64,000 bases of DNA from a phage. Under the pieces are notes generated by a model, which was not told the DNA's origin, ran no database searches, and was given only the letters and a program-made list of their open reading frames with translations. Made by a program: the position numbers and the translations under genes. This document shows positions 36,526-46,823 of this stretch, in pieces (position 1 is the stretch's first letter; the number at the start of each line of letters is the position of its first letter). The stretch lies in NCBI GenBank assembly GCA_012178725.1, contig GCA_012178725.1_3030.1; one strand, written 5' to 3'.

Positions 36526-39222
36526 TCAGCCAAACAGGAAGTCTAACGAAGCTTTTTCTTCATAGTCCATACCAGCCGATTCACACATACCCGCAAGCGG
36601 TTTAACAAACGATTTTTGGAACAAAGTTGAGTAGTCAATCCAAGACAGTACGTCAGAACGAATTTCTTTTGGAAGTTCTGTGCCCGACGGCCAAGCAATA
36701 CACTTGTCACCAAATGGATTTCCTTCACGTAATGGAAGAACCATTACCTTATTTCCATCCAAAATTGGAGCTACACCTAAACCGCTAACAGCTCGACGAT
36801 AAGTTAGCACACCACGAATATGGAACGGGCATTTAAATCCTGGCCAACCTTTATCATCATATTTCGCTATATCGTTCGCAGTTTTTACTTCAGCAATAAC
36901 TTTATAGTCAAGTTGACGATATTCTTTCTCGAAGTTCTTGTAATATTCTTGGACAGACTCTTCACCTTCCTGAAGAATACGACGAATACTTTCTTCAAGA
37001 GCTTCTTGGACCGCTTTAGGCGTTGAACTTTGCTGAGTTTCCATACCCATGATTTTTAGATGCGGTTCAGCAAATCGCTTATCTTCCATATCATAAACAT
37101 TCAGAGCATAACGCTTTTTCGCTTTCCAAAATCCACCAACGCCCTTTGAACCAAGCGGAGGGCAAGAAATAGCTTCACGGTCCATATGCATCAGATGCTC
37201 GCGGTTATTCATATAATCACATAACTCACGATATGCAACATCAATCATAGGTTCCATCTTTTTCTTACCGAACTGATTCATAAATTCAACTAAATCGTTC
37301 TGCTCTTTGAATCGGTCAAGACCAACTTTTTCAATAACTTTATCTACACAAACATATACCGAATCAGTATCACCTGCTGCAATGAAATCTTCACCATTAG
37401 TTCCGCATACTTTATTCAGATATTCATTAATTTTACGAGCAATCCACTGAATACCGACTTGGCCAAAAATTGTGATAGCAGTAGCATTTCGCAAATCATA
37501 GTAACGGAAATGAATATTACCAAGAGCACCATAAAGACTGTTAATGAGAATTTTACGGTTCAGCTGATTTGTGTTAGCAAGTGTAGCAGCTTTTTCACAT
37601 TCCTCAATCAGACTATTGAGAACAGATTCAGTATAATTCGATAGCTCATTTAAGAAATCATCACTGAACTTAACATATCGTTCAACTTCTGGTTTAGTTG
37701 AACAGGACCCTGCGCCTTTCATAATAATCTTTTTAATAGCTTCGGCATTCATTTCTTCAGCGAACATTTTCTTTTTCCAATCTTTACGCTGGAAAAATAC
37801 TTTAGCGATTTCCTTTGGAATGATACCTTCTTGATGCTTATCATACATCCATCCATTCGGAGAACAAGAATATTCATCACTTGGTTTAGGAGCTGTTCCT
37901 GCGATATATTCATGAATTGGATGAACTTTAAACTGTCCACGAATAGTCTCAGGACTAATGTTAACCTGACGAATAATGCTCGGATACAGAGACGTCAAGT
38001 CAAAACTCATAATATATCGACGAGCAATTGGTTTAGGTTCAAACACAAATGCACCCGGAAAACTCTGTTTAACGTGCGAACCTTGTTGAGGAATAACCTT
38101 ATGTTCACCTTTCAATGAGTTAAAAATAATAGCATCCCAAGTTTTAATAGGACTCATTACACCAGAAAAAGGCATTTTAGCGTAATAAGACATACTTAAA
38201 ACTAGATCGATAAACCCGCGAATTTTATCAATTGCTTGAACTGATTCTACGTCAATGATGTTATAACTAATGTATCGTTGATGATTAGTCTCACGAAGTT
38301 TATTAATAGGACCGTCGTATGGTAATTTACCTTTTTTGGTTTCATGTTGAGCAACTGATTCCAAAGAGAATGACGGCAAATTAGTAAAAGCGAATTTCTT
38401 GTACAAATCTAAATAATCAAGAATAGATACGCCATCAATAGAATAAATTTCTTTGCTACCGTACATATTTTGAATTAGTTTAGATTTTACTCGACCGATT
38501 GGAGAGAAACGTTTCATACTGCGTTCGCCCAGAATCATTTTAACACGATTCATGATATACGGAACGTCAAATCCCTCAATATTCCAACCAGTAAAAATAG
38601 CAGGTCGTTTCTGTTCCCAGAGATTGATATATTCCATGAGCATATCACGCTCATTATCGAATGGCATATAAATTACTCGGTCAAGAATTTCTTGAGGAAC
38701 TTCATCACCACCTTCACAGTCAAGCTTAGCAGCTAACTTTGCATCCCATTTTGATACTGAACCGTACATTGAATTCAAAAGGTCGAAAACATAAAAACGA
38801 TCGTCAATTGAATCGTAATGAGTGATAGCATCAATTTCATATTCAGCTTTCATTGGGTCAGGAAATTTATCACCAGTAACCTCAATGTCACAGTTAGCTA
38901 CACGAACAAATTTTCGGTCATAAACAATTTCTGAACCATATGTATCACTGATATAAGCGAGTTTAAAATCGTTCATACCGAGAGCTTCAAGACCGATGTC
39001 TTCCATTCGCTTCATCCAATCTCGAGCATCTTTCATTGATGGAAATTTTTGAGGAGCACAGTTTTTACCATAGATGTCTTTGTATTTTGACTCTTCCTTA
39101 CAATGCCTAAACATAGTCGGAAGATATTCTACTTCACGGGTACGTTCCTTTCCATTTTCATCAATATAACGTTCAACAATGTTATTTCCGACTGTTTCAA
39201 TAGAGATATAAAATTCTTTCAT
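36526..39222 (-). CDS. 43: DNA polymerase gp43 (family B)
   Basis: 898 aa; exonuclease and polymerase motifs (YGDTDS); T4 gp43 size. Confidence 0.97.
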   Translation of the reverse strand: MKEFYISIETVGNNIVERYIDENGKERTREVEYLPTMFRHCKEESKYKDIYGKNCAPQKFPSMKDARDWMKRMEDIGLEALGMNDFKLAYISDTYGSEIVYDRKFVRVANCDIEVTGDKFPDPMKAEYEIDAITHYDSIDDRFYVFDLLNSMYGSVSKWDAKLAAKLDCEGGDEVPQEILDRVIYMPFDNERDMLMEYINLWEQKRPAIFTGWNIEGFDVPYIMNRVKMILGERSMKRFSPIGRVKSKLIQNMYGSKEIYSIDGVSILDYLDLYKKFAFTNLPSFSLESVAQHETKKGKLPYDGPINKLRETNHQRYISYNIIDVESVQAIDKIRGFIDLVLSMSYYAKMPFSGVMSPIKTWDAIIFNSLKGEHKVIPQQGSHVKQSFPGAFVFEPKPIARRYIMSFDLTSLYPSIIRQVNISPETIRGQFKVHPIHEYIAGTAPKPSDEYSCSPNGWMYDKHQEGIIPKEIAKVFFQRKDWKKKMFAEEMNAEAIKKIIMKGAGSCSTKPEVERYVKFSDDFLNELSNYTESVLNSLIEECEKAATLANTNQLNRKILINSLYGALGNIHFRYYDLRNATAITIFGQVGIQWIARKINEYLNKVCGTNGEDFIAAGDTDSVYVCVDKVIEKVGLDRFKEQNDLVEFMNQFGKKKMEPMIDVAYRELCDYMNNREHLMHMDREAISCPPLGSKGVGGFWKAKKRYALNVYDMEDKRFAEPHLKIMGMETQQSSTPKAVQEALEESIRRILQEGEESVQEYYKNFEKEYRQLDYKVIAEVKTANDIAKYDDKGWPGFKCPFHIRGVLTYRRAVSGLGVAPILDGNKVMVLPLREGNPFGDKCIAWPSGTELPKEIRSDVLSWIDYSTLFQKSFVKPLAGMCESAGMDYEEKASLDFLFG

Positions 39223-39224
39223 AG

Positions 39225-39262
39225 ATATTCCTTAGTTTATAGCCCGAGTTATTAGGCTCTTG
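39225..39262 (-). promoter_or_regulatory. gp43 translational operator (autoregulatory RNA site at the gene 43 start)
   Basis: Minus strand ...AAGAGCCTAATAACTCGGGCTATAAACTAAGGAATATCTATG matches the remembered T4 gene 43 operator. Confidence 0.5.
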
Positions 39263-39271
39263 ATATATTAT

Positions 39272-39297
39272 ACTCCAAATAAGGGGCCGAAGCCCCT
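39272..39297 (-). terminator. Hairpin/terminator downstream of regA, abutting a TATAAT -10 element
   Basis: GGGGCTTCGGCCCC followed by TTATTTGGAG TATAAT. Confidence 0.45.
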
Positions 39298-39300
39298 TGC

Positions 39301-39669
39301 TTAATTACCAATCGTATATTTAGGAACGAGTTTCCATTCATGTTTTTGTTTAAAAGAAATAACTCGGAAGTTATTAGTTAAATCTTTCATAAAAGTTCTT
39401 TGACCAGGAACGATTTCAATCAGTCCCCAATCTTCTAACAACCATGCAATCGAATCACGACGAACTTCATCTTCTTCTGTCATTTCAACTTGGCGACCAT
39501 CCATACGAAGCATTTCTTTAAAATGAACGATATAGTATAGTCCTTTTTTCTGAAGAATATGACAGGACTGATACAGAACTTTATCTTTATTATTAGCAAT
39601 TCCCATACGAGTCAAAGTTTCTTTTACTTTCAGAAAATCTTCAGGTTTTTTAAGAGTAATTTCAATCAT
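39301..39669 (-). CDS. regA: Translational repressor RegA
   Basis: 122 aa; T4 RegA size and position. Confidence 0.9.
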   Translation of the reverse strand: MIEITLKKPEDFLKVKETLTRMGIANNKDKVLYQSCHILQKKGLYYIVHFKEMLRMDGRQVEMTEEDEVRRDSIAWLLEDWGLIEIVPGQRTFMKDLTNNFRVISFKQKHEWKLVPKYTIGN

Positions 39670-39670
39670 T

Positions 39671-40234
39671 TTACCATTCCAATGCTAGTTTTTTGAGTTG
39701 TTTCTGTTCTTTTACGTTCTTAGTCACTTCTTTCAAAAAATCATCCGTGACTAAACCTTTTAGTTCTTTTAATACTAAAGGAAGTTTTCCATTTTTAGTA
39801 AGAATTGATTTATAGTTAATTGCATCATTTGTATTAACTTGATACCGTTTAGCAAGTAACTTAATAATCAATACTTCGGTGGAATCTTCAACCAGTTTTG
39901 CCCATTTACCATATCTTTTACCACGAGGAACTGCAGCCATTAGATAATTAAAATGAGCTTCATCACTTAAGCCTGATCCAATTAAATTCATAGCATATAC
40001 AGCTGGCATGCACTCTGGAAATTGTGATAATGCATTTTCGACCATGAATTTTGAATAATCTTTTTGAGCAATAGAGCATTTAGTTTTATTATTGATAGCT
40101 CCAATTATTTCAAAAAATTCATTTTCAGCTTTTTCTTTAAAAGAATCAGCAGCGGATTGGACAGCTGTCCAATCTTTTGAATACCAAGCAACTTGATGCT
40201 CGTTTAATTGAATATCATCTTCAAATAAGCTCAT
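39671..40234 (-). CDS. 62: Clamp loader subunit gp62
   Basis: 187 aa from [12 protein letters not shown]...; start follows gene 44 stop (TGATATG). Confidence 0.9.
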   Translation of the reverse strand: MSLFEDDIQLNEHQVAWYSKDWTAVQSAADSFKEKAENEFFEIIGAINNKTKCSIAQKDYSKFMVENALSQFPECMPAVYAMNLIGSGLSDEAHFNYLMAAVPRGKRYGKWAKLVEDSTEVLIIKLLAKRYQVNTNDAINYKSILTKNGKLPLVLKELKGLVTDDFLKEVTKNVKEQKQLKKLALEW

Positions 40235-40235
40235 A

Positions 40236-41195
40236 TCACTTCCACTGCATTTCACATGCTAATTGAATGAAAAGATAAGCTAAATGTAATTCAGTGTTAG
40301 CTGCAATACCATGATACTGATTATTTTCGCCGACAATTTCGTACATACGAATAATACTCTGTGGAGTTACACGTGAATAGATTTCTTCGGCAAGTTTACC
40401 CACGAACCACGAATAATCGGCTGCATATTTTGGTGCTAAAGCTCTGAGTTGTTTAACATCTTTATTTTTGAGAGACTCAAGAACATCATCAATAGCACCA
40501 CGATCGTTAGTAACCAGTGATAAAATACCAGCATCCAAAACACCTTTAGATGAATAACTATCGAGCTCGCCAATAGTTTTACGAAAATCAGGAAAATTCT
40601 TTTTAACCAAAGCTGCTACAACTTTCATATCAGCTATAGCAATTCCTTCATGCTTACAGATTTCAGTCAATCGACGAATCATCTGCTTCATCATTTCAAT
40701 TTTATCTTCATCGGTCGGTTGACCGAATGTAATAACTCGGCAGCGTGACTGGAGAGGTTTAATAATACCATCAATATTGTTAGCAGTAATAATAATACTA
40801 CAGTTTGAACTATAAGCTTCCATAAAGGAACGAAGATGTCGCTGAGACTCTGCTAACCCTGAGCGGTCAAATTCATCAATAACGATTACTTTTTGACGAC
40901 CATCAAATGAAGCTGCGCTGGCAAAATTAGTCAAAGGACCACGAACGAAATCAATTTTACAATCTGATCCATTCACAAACATCATATCAGCATTTACATC
41001 ATGACACAATGCTTTTGCTACAGTTGTTTTACCTGTTCCTGGAGAAGGAGAATGAAGAATAATATGTGGAATCTTACCTTTACTTGTAATAGATTTAAAG
41101 GTTTCTTTATCAAAGGCGGGAAGAATACATTCATCGATAGTAGATGGACGATATTTCTGTTCAAGAATGTGTTCTTTTTCATTTACGGTAATCAT
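40236..41195 (-). CDS. 44: Clamp loader ATPase gp44 (AAA+)
   Basis: 319 aa from [20 protein letters not shown]...; Walker A GTGKTT; GAGGAAATT SD. Confidence 0.95.
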
Positions 41196-41246
41196 AATTT
41201 CCTCATTCAAGTTTTAGTGTAAATTATAAAGGGCCGAAGCCCTTTA

Positions 41247-41933
41247 TTAAAAATCGTGGGTAGAATCAGCTTCAAGAGCTACTACATAATTCGCGTGTTC
41301 ACCTTCAAATTTAGCAGCACCTTGTTTACCTTTTGCCCAGAGCAGAAGTTTATAATTTCCTGGTTGCATTTTCATATTTGCCATATTGATAATGAAATTA
41401 AATGTATTTTCACCATCATAATCACCAAGAGTCAAAGAATATTTAACACGGGTCAAAGCAGAATCTTCTACTTTATTAAAACCGTTAATTACGATTTTAC
41501 CTTCTTTTACTGTGATAGCAATTGTATCAATCTGCAGACCACGAGATACACGCAACAGTTGTTGAAGGTCTTCAGCTTTAATTTCAGTAACAACAGATGC
41601 TACCGGGAATGGAATCGGTTTATTAGGAGCAACTACTGTACTCGGATCGGCTGCTGGCCAAAAAATTGTTGAGCGGGCATCAGCAATTTTAATATTTCCA
41701 TCTTCTGACTGGGAAATTTCTGCATCATCATTAACTAGAGACAGAATACCGAGAAAACCGTTCAAATCGTAAATCGCTACATCAAAATCAATAACGTCAG
41801 AAATATTTGCTTCCGCATAAGTTGTACCATTAACTGCACGAGTCATAATAAATTGACCTGATTTAAGCATAATACCGGAGTTAATAGTAGCGAAATTTTT
41901 AAGCAGAGCAGTAGTATCTTTAGACAGTTTCAT
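41247..41933 (-). CDS. 45: Sliding clamp gp45
   Basis: 228 aa; T4 gp45 size and position. Confidence 0.95.
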   Translation of the reverse strand: MKLSKDTTALLKNFATINSGIMLKSGQFIMTRAVNGTTYAEANISDVIDFDVAIYDLNGFLGILSLVNDDAEISQSEDGNIKIADARSTIFWPAADPSTVVAPNKPIPFPVASVVTEIKAEDLQQLLRVSRGLQIDTIAITVKEGKIVINGFNKVEDSALTRVKYSLTLGDYDGENTFNFIINMANMKMQPGNYKLLLWAKGKQGAAKFEGEHANYVVALEADSTHDF

Positions 41934-41988
41934 GTAATTTCCTTCAATTCAAATGAGATTTAATTTTATAACTAATTTAATAAAGCAA

Positions 41989-42378
41989 TTAACGATTAAA
42001 ATCAGCCGCAATTGTTTCAGCGACAATTTGAGCAGCAACAATTAGACGTTCATCTGCATTACCGCAATAATCATCTTCAAGGCGTTCACCACATGAAGTC
42101 ATAATAAATTTAGCACCGGCGTTTAGGGATTCTGTAGTATGTTTGCGCATTAGTTCAATCCATTTATTACTTACTTCACGATCGATAGCTTCATAATACG
42201 CATGACGAGCAGGTGCAGATTTAATTTTGTTCTGAATAACTTCCATTGCGTTATCAGAAAGAGACAAAACCCATGCTCGACGAATTTTATTTTGATTTTG
42301 TGGATTTGATTCAGAACGCACGTGTTTTGGCTGAATATCTTTTACATCAACAGTATAATTCACAGTAATTTTAGTCAT
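41989..42378 (-). CDS. rpbA: RNA polymerase-binding protein RpbA
   Basis: 129 aa; T4 RpbA size and position. Confidence 0.8.
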
Positions 42379-42387
42379 AATACACCT

Positions 42388-42576
42388 TTAATCATAATAA
42401 TCAGTAACAGTCCAAGCTTCATTTCTATTGGACATTATTTTTGTATATTCTGCTTTAAATGCATTCTTAAGCATAGATTCAGTAACTATATGCTCTTCAT
42501 TAGAAAAATTATTTCTCAGAATATATCGTTTTATTTCAGGAATAGTTAATAGATGCTGTCCAGTTGAATATTCCAT
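42388..42576 (-). CDS. Hypothetical protein (45.2-like)
   Basis: 62-aa ORF between 46 and rpbA. Confidence 0.5.
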   Translation of the reverse strand: MEYSTGQHLLTIPEIKRYILRNNFSNEEHIVTESMLKNAFKAEYTKIMSNRNEAWTVTDYYD

Positions 42577-42631
42577 GTTTTTCCTCCATAGAGATTATAC
42601 TCTAATAAATTAAAGCATAATCTCTTATAAA

Positions 42632-44314
42632 TTAAACCATTACAGTAAATCGACCAACTTTCTTCATTTGAAGATGCTGACCATATTCTTGCGGGTCATG
42701 GTCTTTATGTGAAATTATAAAAACATTAGTGTTTTTCATTGAATTTATAATATTAGCTACACCTTTAATACCTTCGGCATCAAATGACCCATCAAACACT
42801 TCATCGAGTATTAATGTACTAATACTAACACCAGATACAATAGAAGCAATATCACGCCAAGTAAATAAAAGAGCAATATCAATTCGTGCTTTTTCACCTT
42901 CACTAAATGAAGCATAACTAAAATCTTCACGACCACGGGATTTAATTGTCTCATTAAATTCTTCATCTAATGTAAACACATAATCCGCTTCCATTATTTT
43001 AAGATAATGGTTAATCTGCTTATTAAATAATGGAATGTACTTTTTAATAATAGCACCTTTAATACCAGAATCTTTGAGCATATCAGTCAAAATTCCTCTG
43101 TGGTATTTTTCCATTACTAAATTAGTTTTTGTCTTAACAATTTTATCAAGTTCTTCTTGAAGCAGTGCTATTTCATCAGCATGGTCAATAAACTCAGAAG
43201 ATGCTTTTTCTATAGCCGCTTTAACCTTTTTAGCTTTATCTACCGTCGTGATTAGAGATTGCTTTTTATTGCGAATATCATTTGCCAACGACTGTTGGGT
43301 TTTAATATTATCTCGGTATTCATCAACAAGAACTTTTAAATTATCACGGTGTGTTGAAAGCTGTTCAAACGAATGCGTACATTCAGAAACTTTATCTTTA
43401 ATTTTAGAAACAACTTTATCACCGGAACTTAATTGTGACAAGCAGGTTGGACATAATCCACCTTCGTGATACATATTAATGACTTTATTATACGAGTCAA
43501 TTTTTGATTTAATTAAAACTGCTTCTTGACCGATTTTATTAAATGCATCAGTCGGGTCTTCATCTAAAACAATATTAACTAATCTTTCATTAGCTTCTTC
43601 TATTTCCGATTTTAGCGTTCTAGCTTCTTTTGCCAAATCATCATACATATTTTGAAGACGAGTAAGGTTGTCACCCGTTAATTTTTTCTGGCGTTCAACG
43701 TTATCATTATATATTTTAATTTGTTGGATAATACTATCTTTTTTAACATCAAGCACTTGGTTTTGTGAATTTAATTCACGTATTAGTGCTTTATTAAGCT
43801 TATCCATTTCAGCTAATGTTCCTACCTCAAGCAGGTCTTCCACAAGCTTTCTTCGCGCAGGGGTCGACAAACCCATGAAAGGGGTATACCCTGCTGTACC
43901 AAGGACAACAATCTGCTTGAAACTGGCATATGACATTCCGATAAGCTGTTCAAATTCTGCTTGGAAATCTTTACTGCTGGCAGATTCATTAAGACGTGTA
44001 CCGTTAACGGTGATTTCGAAAACGTTCGGTTTTTGTCCTCTTTTGATATAGTACTTTTTCTCATCATATTCCATCCACAGTTCAACTAAAAGTTCTTTCT
44101 TATTTGTGCTGTTTATTAATTGACCTTTCTTTACATCACGAAATGGCTTACCAAAAAGCCCAAATGTGATGGCTTCTAACATAGTAGACTTACCACCGCC
44201 ATTTCGGCCAGTAATAAGAGTTTTTTGAACCTTATCTAATTGAATGTCAACTCCATTTTGACCAACTGACATTATATTTTTATATTTTACTCTATTAAGT
44301 TTAAATGATTTCAT
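42632..44314 (-). CDS. 46: Recombination nuclease subunit gp46 (SbcC/Rad50-like ATPase)
   Basis: 560 aa; Walker A GRNGGGKST, coiled-coil middle with CPTC zinc hook, C-terminal signature/Walker B. Confidence 0.95.
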   Translation of the reverse strand: MKSFKLNRVKYKNIMSVGQNGVDIQLDKVQKTLITGRNGGGKSTMLEAITFGLFGKPFRDVKKGQLINSTNKKELLVELWMEYDEKKYYIKRGQKPNVFEITVNGTRLNESASSKDFQAEFEQLIGMSYASFKQIVVLGTAGYTPFMGLSTPARRKLVEDLLEVGTLAEMDKLNKALIRELNSQNQVLDVKKDSIIQQIKIYNDNVERQKKLTGDNLTRLQNMYDDLAKEARTLKSEIEEANERLVNIVLDEDPTDAFNKIGQEAVLIKSKIDSYNKVINMYHEGGLCPTCLSQLSSGDKVVSKIKDKVSECTHSFEQLSTHRDNLKVLVDEYRDNIKTQQSLANDIRNKKQSLITTVDKAKKVKAAIEKASSEFIDHADEIALLQEELDKIVKTKTNLVMEKYHRGILTDMLKDSGIKGAIIKKYIPLFNKQINHYLKIMEADYVFTLDEEFNETIKSRGREDFSYASFSEGEKARIDIALLFTWRDIASIVSGVSISTLILDEVFDGSFDAEGIKGVANIINSMKNTNVFIISHKDHDPQEYGQHLQMKKVGRFTVMV

Positions 44315-44329
44315 TTTGTATCCAATTGT

Positions 44330-45184
44330 TCACAATGAAGAAAATTCTTTAACTAAAGCCTGTAATGAAGCCTCTATTGGATATCCATTCTTAACTAACA
44401 TTTTCCTAAACATTACATGTTTAGGACGATTATATGATATCCACAATTCATACAATTTATCTTTATTATCCCAATGATAGCCTTTTCGTCGAGATGCTAT
44501 ATGAGCTTTTCTAATCTCCGGATTTTTCCAACTAGCAGCTACTGAATTTGATATAGCTATTTTATATTCAGGTTTTGATAAAGCAGCACGAACAGCCTTT
44601 TGGTGTTTAATTTTATTTTCTTCGTTATTAAACCATTCCCTTGAAGCCATTGAAATTTTTTGTTTTGTTTTAAAATTATTTAATCTTTCTTTATTATCTT
44701 TCCTATTTTTTGCTACTGAAAAATATTTTAATGCCCTTTCTCTAGCAGCATTTCTATTTTGCGGATTTGAATAATACTGTTGAAGCCTTTTTGATATTGT
44801 GTCACTTACATCTTGTTTTATAAAACTATATTCAGCAGCTATTAAATCAACTTCGGCTAAAGATAAATTTTTATATGTTTTTCCTGACATCATTCTATTT
44901 AAAGCATTTAGCATTTTTCCATTTTTACCTTTTGCTAATAAGAAGTGTGCTTTAAAATGATTAAAATGACTTAAATTAACTAAATTCCATGTAGATTTTA
45001 AATATTCAGGAAATATTGATTTAGGAAGCACGTGGTGTGCTTCCGTTTTACCTGGAGTTTTAACAGTTGAATTCACAGAAATAAAATTAATGTAAGACTT
45101 GGCGTCTTCTTCACTCAACGCTAATTTTTCAACTAATTCCTTTATTAAAAATTCATCATTAATGTCAAGTTTAAAATTCTTCAC
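44330..45184 (-). CDS. Free-standing HNH homing endonuclease (mob-like) with C-terminal basic repeat motifs
   Basis: 284 aa, GTG start with AAGGAA SD; EAHHVLPKSIF...NLVNLSHFNHFKAH HNH core; repeated ...KPEYKIAISNS / ...WKNPEIRKAHIAS... DNA-binding-like motifs. Confidence 0.7.
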   Translation of the reverse strand: MKNFKLDINDEFLIKELVEKLALSEEDAKSYINFISVNSTVKTPGKTEAHHVLPKSIFPEYLKSTWNLVNLSHFNHFKAHFLLAKGKNGKMLNALNRMMSGKTYKNLSLAEVDLIAAEYSFIKQDVSDTISKRLQQYYSNPQNRNAARERALKYFSVAKNRKDNKERLNNFKTKQKISMASREWFNNEENKIKHQKAVRAALSKPEYKIAISNSVAASWKNPEIRKAHIASRRKGYHWDNKDKLYELWISYNRPKHVMFRKMLVKNGYPIEASLQALVKEFSSL

Positions 45185-45387
45185 AAAAGATTCCTTTTAA
45201 TGTATCTTTTAGACCATTCTATCATATCATCATAATCTAAAAAGTATTCATCAAATTCAGCCATGCAAACAACACCTTGTGCTGCTTTTGATGTGATATA
45301 AATTATTCCAACATATCTAGAATCTTCTTCGGTGTAATCAATATTTGCTATGAATTCATCGTTAATGTCAAATGTCGAAAACTTCAC
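45181..45387 (-). CDS. Hypothetical protein (46.1-like); N-terminus duplicated in the adjacent endonuclease
   Basis: About 68 aa from GTG (VKFSTFDINDEF...); start uncertain; overlaps upstream ORF. Confidence 0.35.
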   Translation of the reverse strand: MKFSTFDINDEFIANIDYTEEDSRYVGIIYITSKAAQGVVCMAEFDEYFLDYDDMIEWSKRYIKRNLL

Positions 45388-45631
45388 AGTATGCATCCTT
45401 AATACAAGATACAGCCATATCTCGCAATGATTTAGGTGTGTCATTATCTAAAATGTTGAAGTTAAAGGATACAGCCCAGTCAGTGCAGACCGTAACCTTT
45501 TTAATACAATTATCTTCAACCTCTAGCGGTTCAAACCAATATTCAATAATTTCTTTATGACCAATATCATCTTTTACTTCGCATTCAAAATGCTGACTCA
45601 TCATAACATTTTTAAATTCATCAAAAGTCAT
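45368..45631 (-). CDS. Hypothetical protein (46.2-like)
   Basis: 87-aa ORF; ATGA overlap with gene 47. Confidence 0.45.
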   Translation of the reverse strand: MTFDEFKNVMMSQHFECEVKDDIGHKEIIEYWFEPLEVEDNCIKKVTVCTDWAVSFNFNILDNDTPKSLRDMAVSCIKDAYCEVFDI

Positions 45632-46647
45632 TGTGTTGCCTCTACATATAGCTGATTTGCATATTGAATAAGTGCTTCACGATCAGAATCAGTGATGTCT
45701 GGAATTGCATTAATATACTCTTCCATTAATGTCTGAAGCGATTGAACTTCAACTTCTTCACTGTCATCTGACTCGACAGAGTTATCAATCTTTGACACAA
45801 CTCGTAATGAATGCACAACTTTTTCTAGTTCAGATTCGAACTTCGTTAGATTTTTGTCTACTTCAGTTACTATAACACGTACTGATAGATTTGTAAAATC
45901 TTTATAGTCAATTTTTCCCTTAAATGGATATTGAATTCGACGATGCCAGGTAGTGTTGTTTGGAATAAATTCCATTCGTTCTGTTTCTGTATCAAACATC
46001 CAGAACCCGCGAGGGTCATTCTCGTCACCTGCAGTTAGTGTCCATGGTGTCCCAATATATCTGACGTTAGCAGCCTCAGAGATAGTATGGAAGTGACCAG
46101 ACCACACCTCTTTATAAGTCTTAAGGAAATCAGGTTCAAGACCGTGAGATTTCATTCCTTTATAAAAATAAAATCCATTCAGTTCCCAGTGACCAACGCA
46201 AAAAGAAGCAGATGAAGTTTTGATGTGTTCAAGAATTTCACCAGTATTTTCTTCACACATCCAAGGAATTAAATCAATCAAACATCCGTCAAAATCTACT
46301 GTAGTAGGCTTATCATATACTTTAACATTAGGATATTTAGCCAAAAGCTCAGTAGAAGCATTTGGAGTTAAAGTATTTTTAAAGTGCATATCATGGTTTC
46401 CTACAACAGTATGCAGGGTAATACCAGCATCATCAAGCATTTGAACTATTTCACGGGCGAATTCCATAGTTTTATGTGTGATTGCTTTTCGCACATCAAA
46501 AATATCGCCGTATTGAATCCATGTAGTAATTCCATTTTTCTTAGAATATTCTATTGCCTGTTTAATTCCATCCAACTGAATGGATTGAACCCACTCATCA
46601 TCGGCTTTAACACCTAAATGCCAATCACCTAAATTTAAAATTTTCAT
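45628..46647 (-). CDS. 47: Recombination nuclease subunit gp47 (SbcD/Mre11-like phosphoesterase)
   Basis: 339 aa; calcineurin-like motifs (GDWHLG, GNHD); T4 gp47 size. Confidence 0.95.
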   Translation of the reverse strand: MKILNLGDWHLGVKADDEWVQSIQLDGIKQAIEYSKKNGITTWIQYGDIFDVRKAITHKTMEFAREIVQMLDDAGITLHTVVGNHDMHFKNTLTPNASTELLAKYPNVKVYDKPTTVDFDGCLIDLIPWMCEENTGEILEHIKTSSASFCVGHWELNGFYFYKGMKSHGLEPDFLKTYKEVWSGHFHTISEAANVRYIGTPWTLTAGDENDPRGFWMFDTETERMEFIPNNTTWHRRIQYPFKGKIDYKDFTNLSVRVIVTEVDKNLTKFESELEKVVHSLRVVSKIDNSVESDDSEEVEVQSLQTLMEEYINAIPDITDSDREALIQYANQLYVEATQ

Positions 46648-46780
46648 ATATCAAGAACCGTCATTGAAATGCAAAATAAAATTATTGAAATAAATCCATC
46701 TGGAGTGCTAAAGAACCCAATCCAACATGCTCTAGTGAATAGATAAAATGCGAGAAAAAGTATCACATATCCAAGAAATA

Positions 46781-46805
46781 TCATTATATCAAACTCCGTA
46801 TAAAG
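46781..46805 (-). promoter_or_regulatory. Candidate middle promoter upstream of gene 47
   Basis: Minus strand AGCTTTA - 12 nt - TATAAT, right after the agt terminator hairpin. Confidence 0.4.
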
Positions 46806-46823
46806 CTAAAGGGCCGAAGCCCT
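46803..46823 (-). terminator. Hairpin/terminator downstream of agt
   Basis: AAAGGGCTTCGGCCCTTTAG directly after the agt stop. Confidence 0.45.

Noticed and set aside
36543-38118. Short ORFs within gene 43 on both strands
   Set aside because: Internal or antisense to the DNA polymerase gene.
39671-40255. Track start ([11 protein letters not shown]...) for gene 62
   Set aside because: The extended N-terminus overlaps gene 44; the conserved gp62 start MSLFEDD lies immediately after the gene 44 stop, so the shorter ORF is used.
41256-41672. 138-aa plus-strand ORF
   Set aside because: Antisense to gene 45.
43668-44085. Plus ORF 43668..44051 and minus ORF 43822..44085
   Set aside because: Internal or antisense to gene 46.
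46644-46782. Apparent small hydrophobic ORF ATGA-coupled to the gene 47 start
   Set aside because: Careful codon-by-codon translation gives a 16-aa ORF (MIFLGYVILFLAFYIH*) ending at an in-frame TAG; the frame overlapping the gene 47 start has no start codon beyond 6 codons. The region is better explained as terminator plus middle-promoter sequence.
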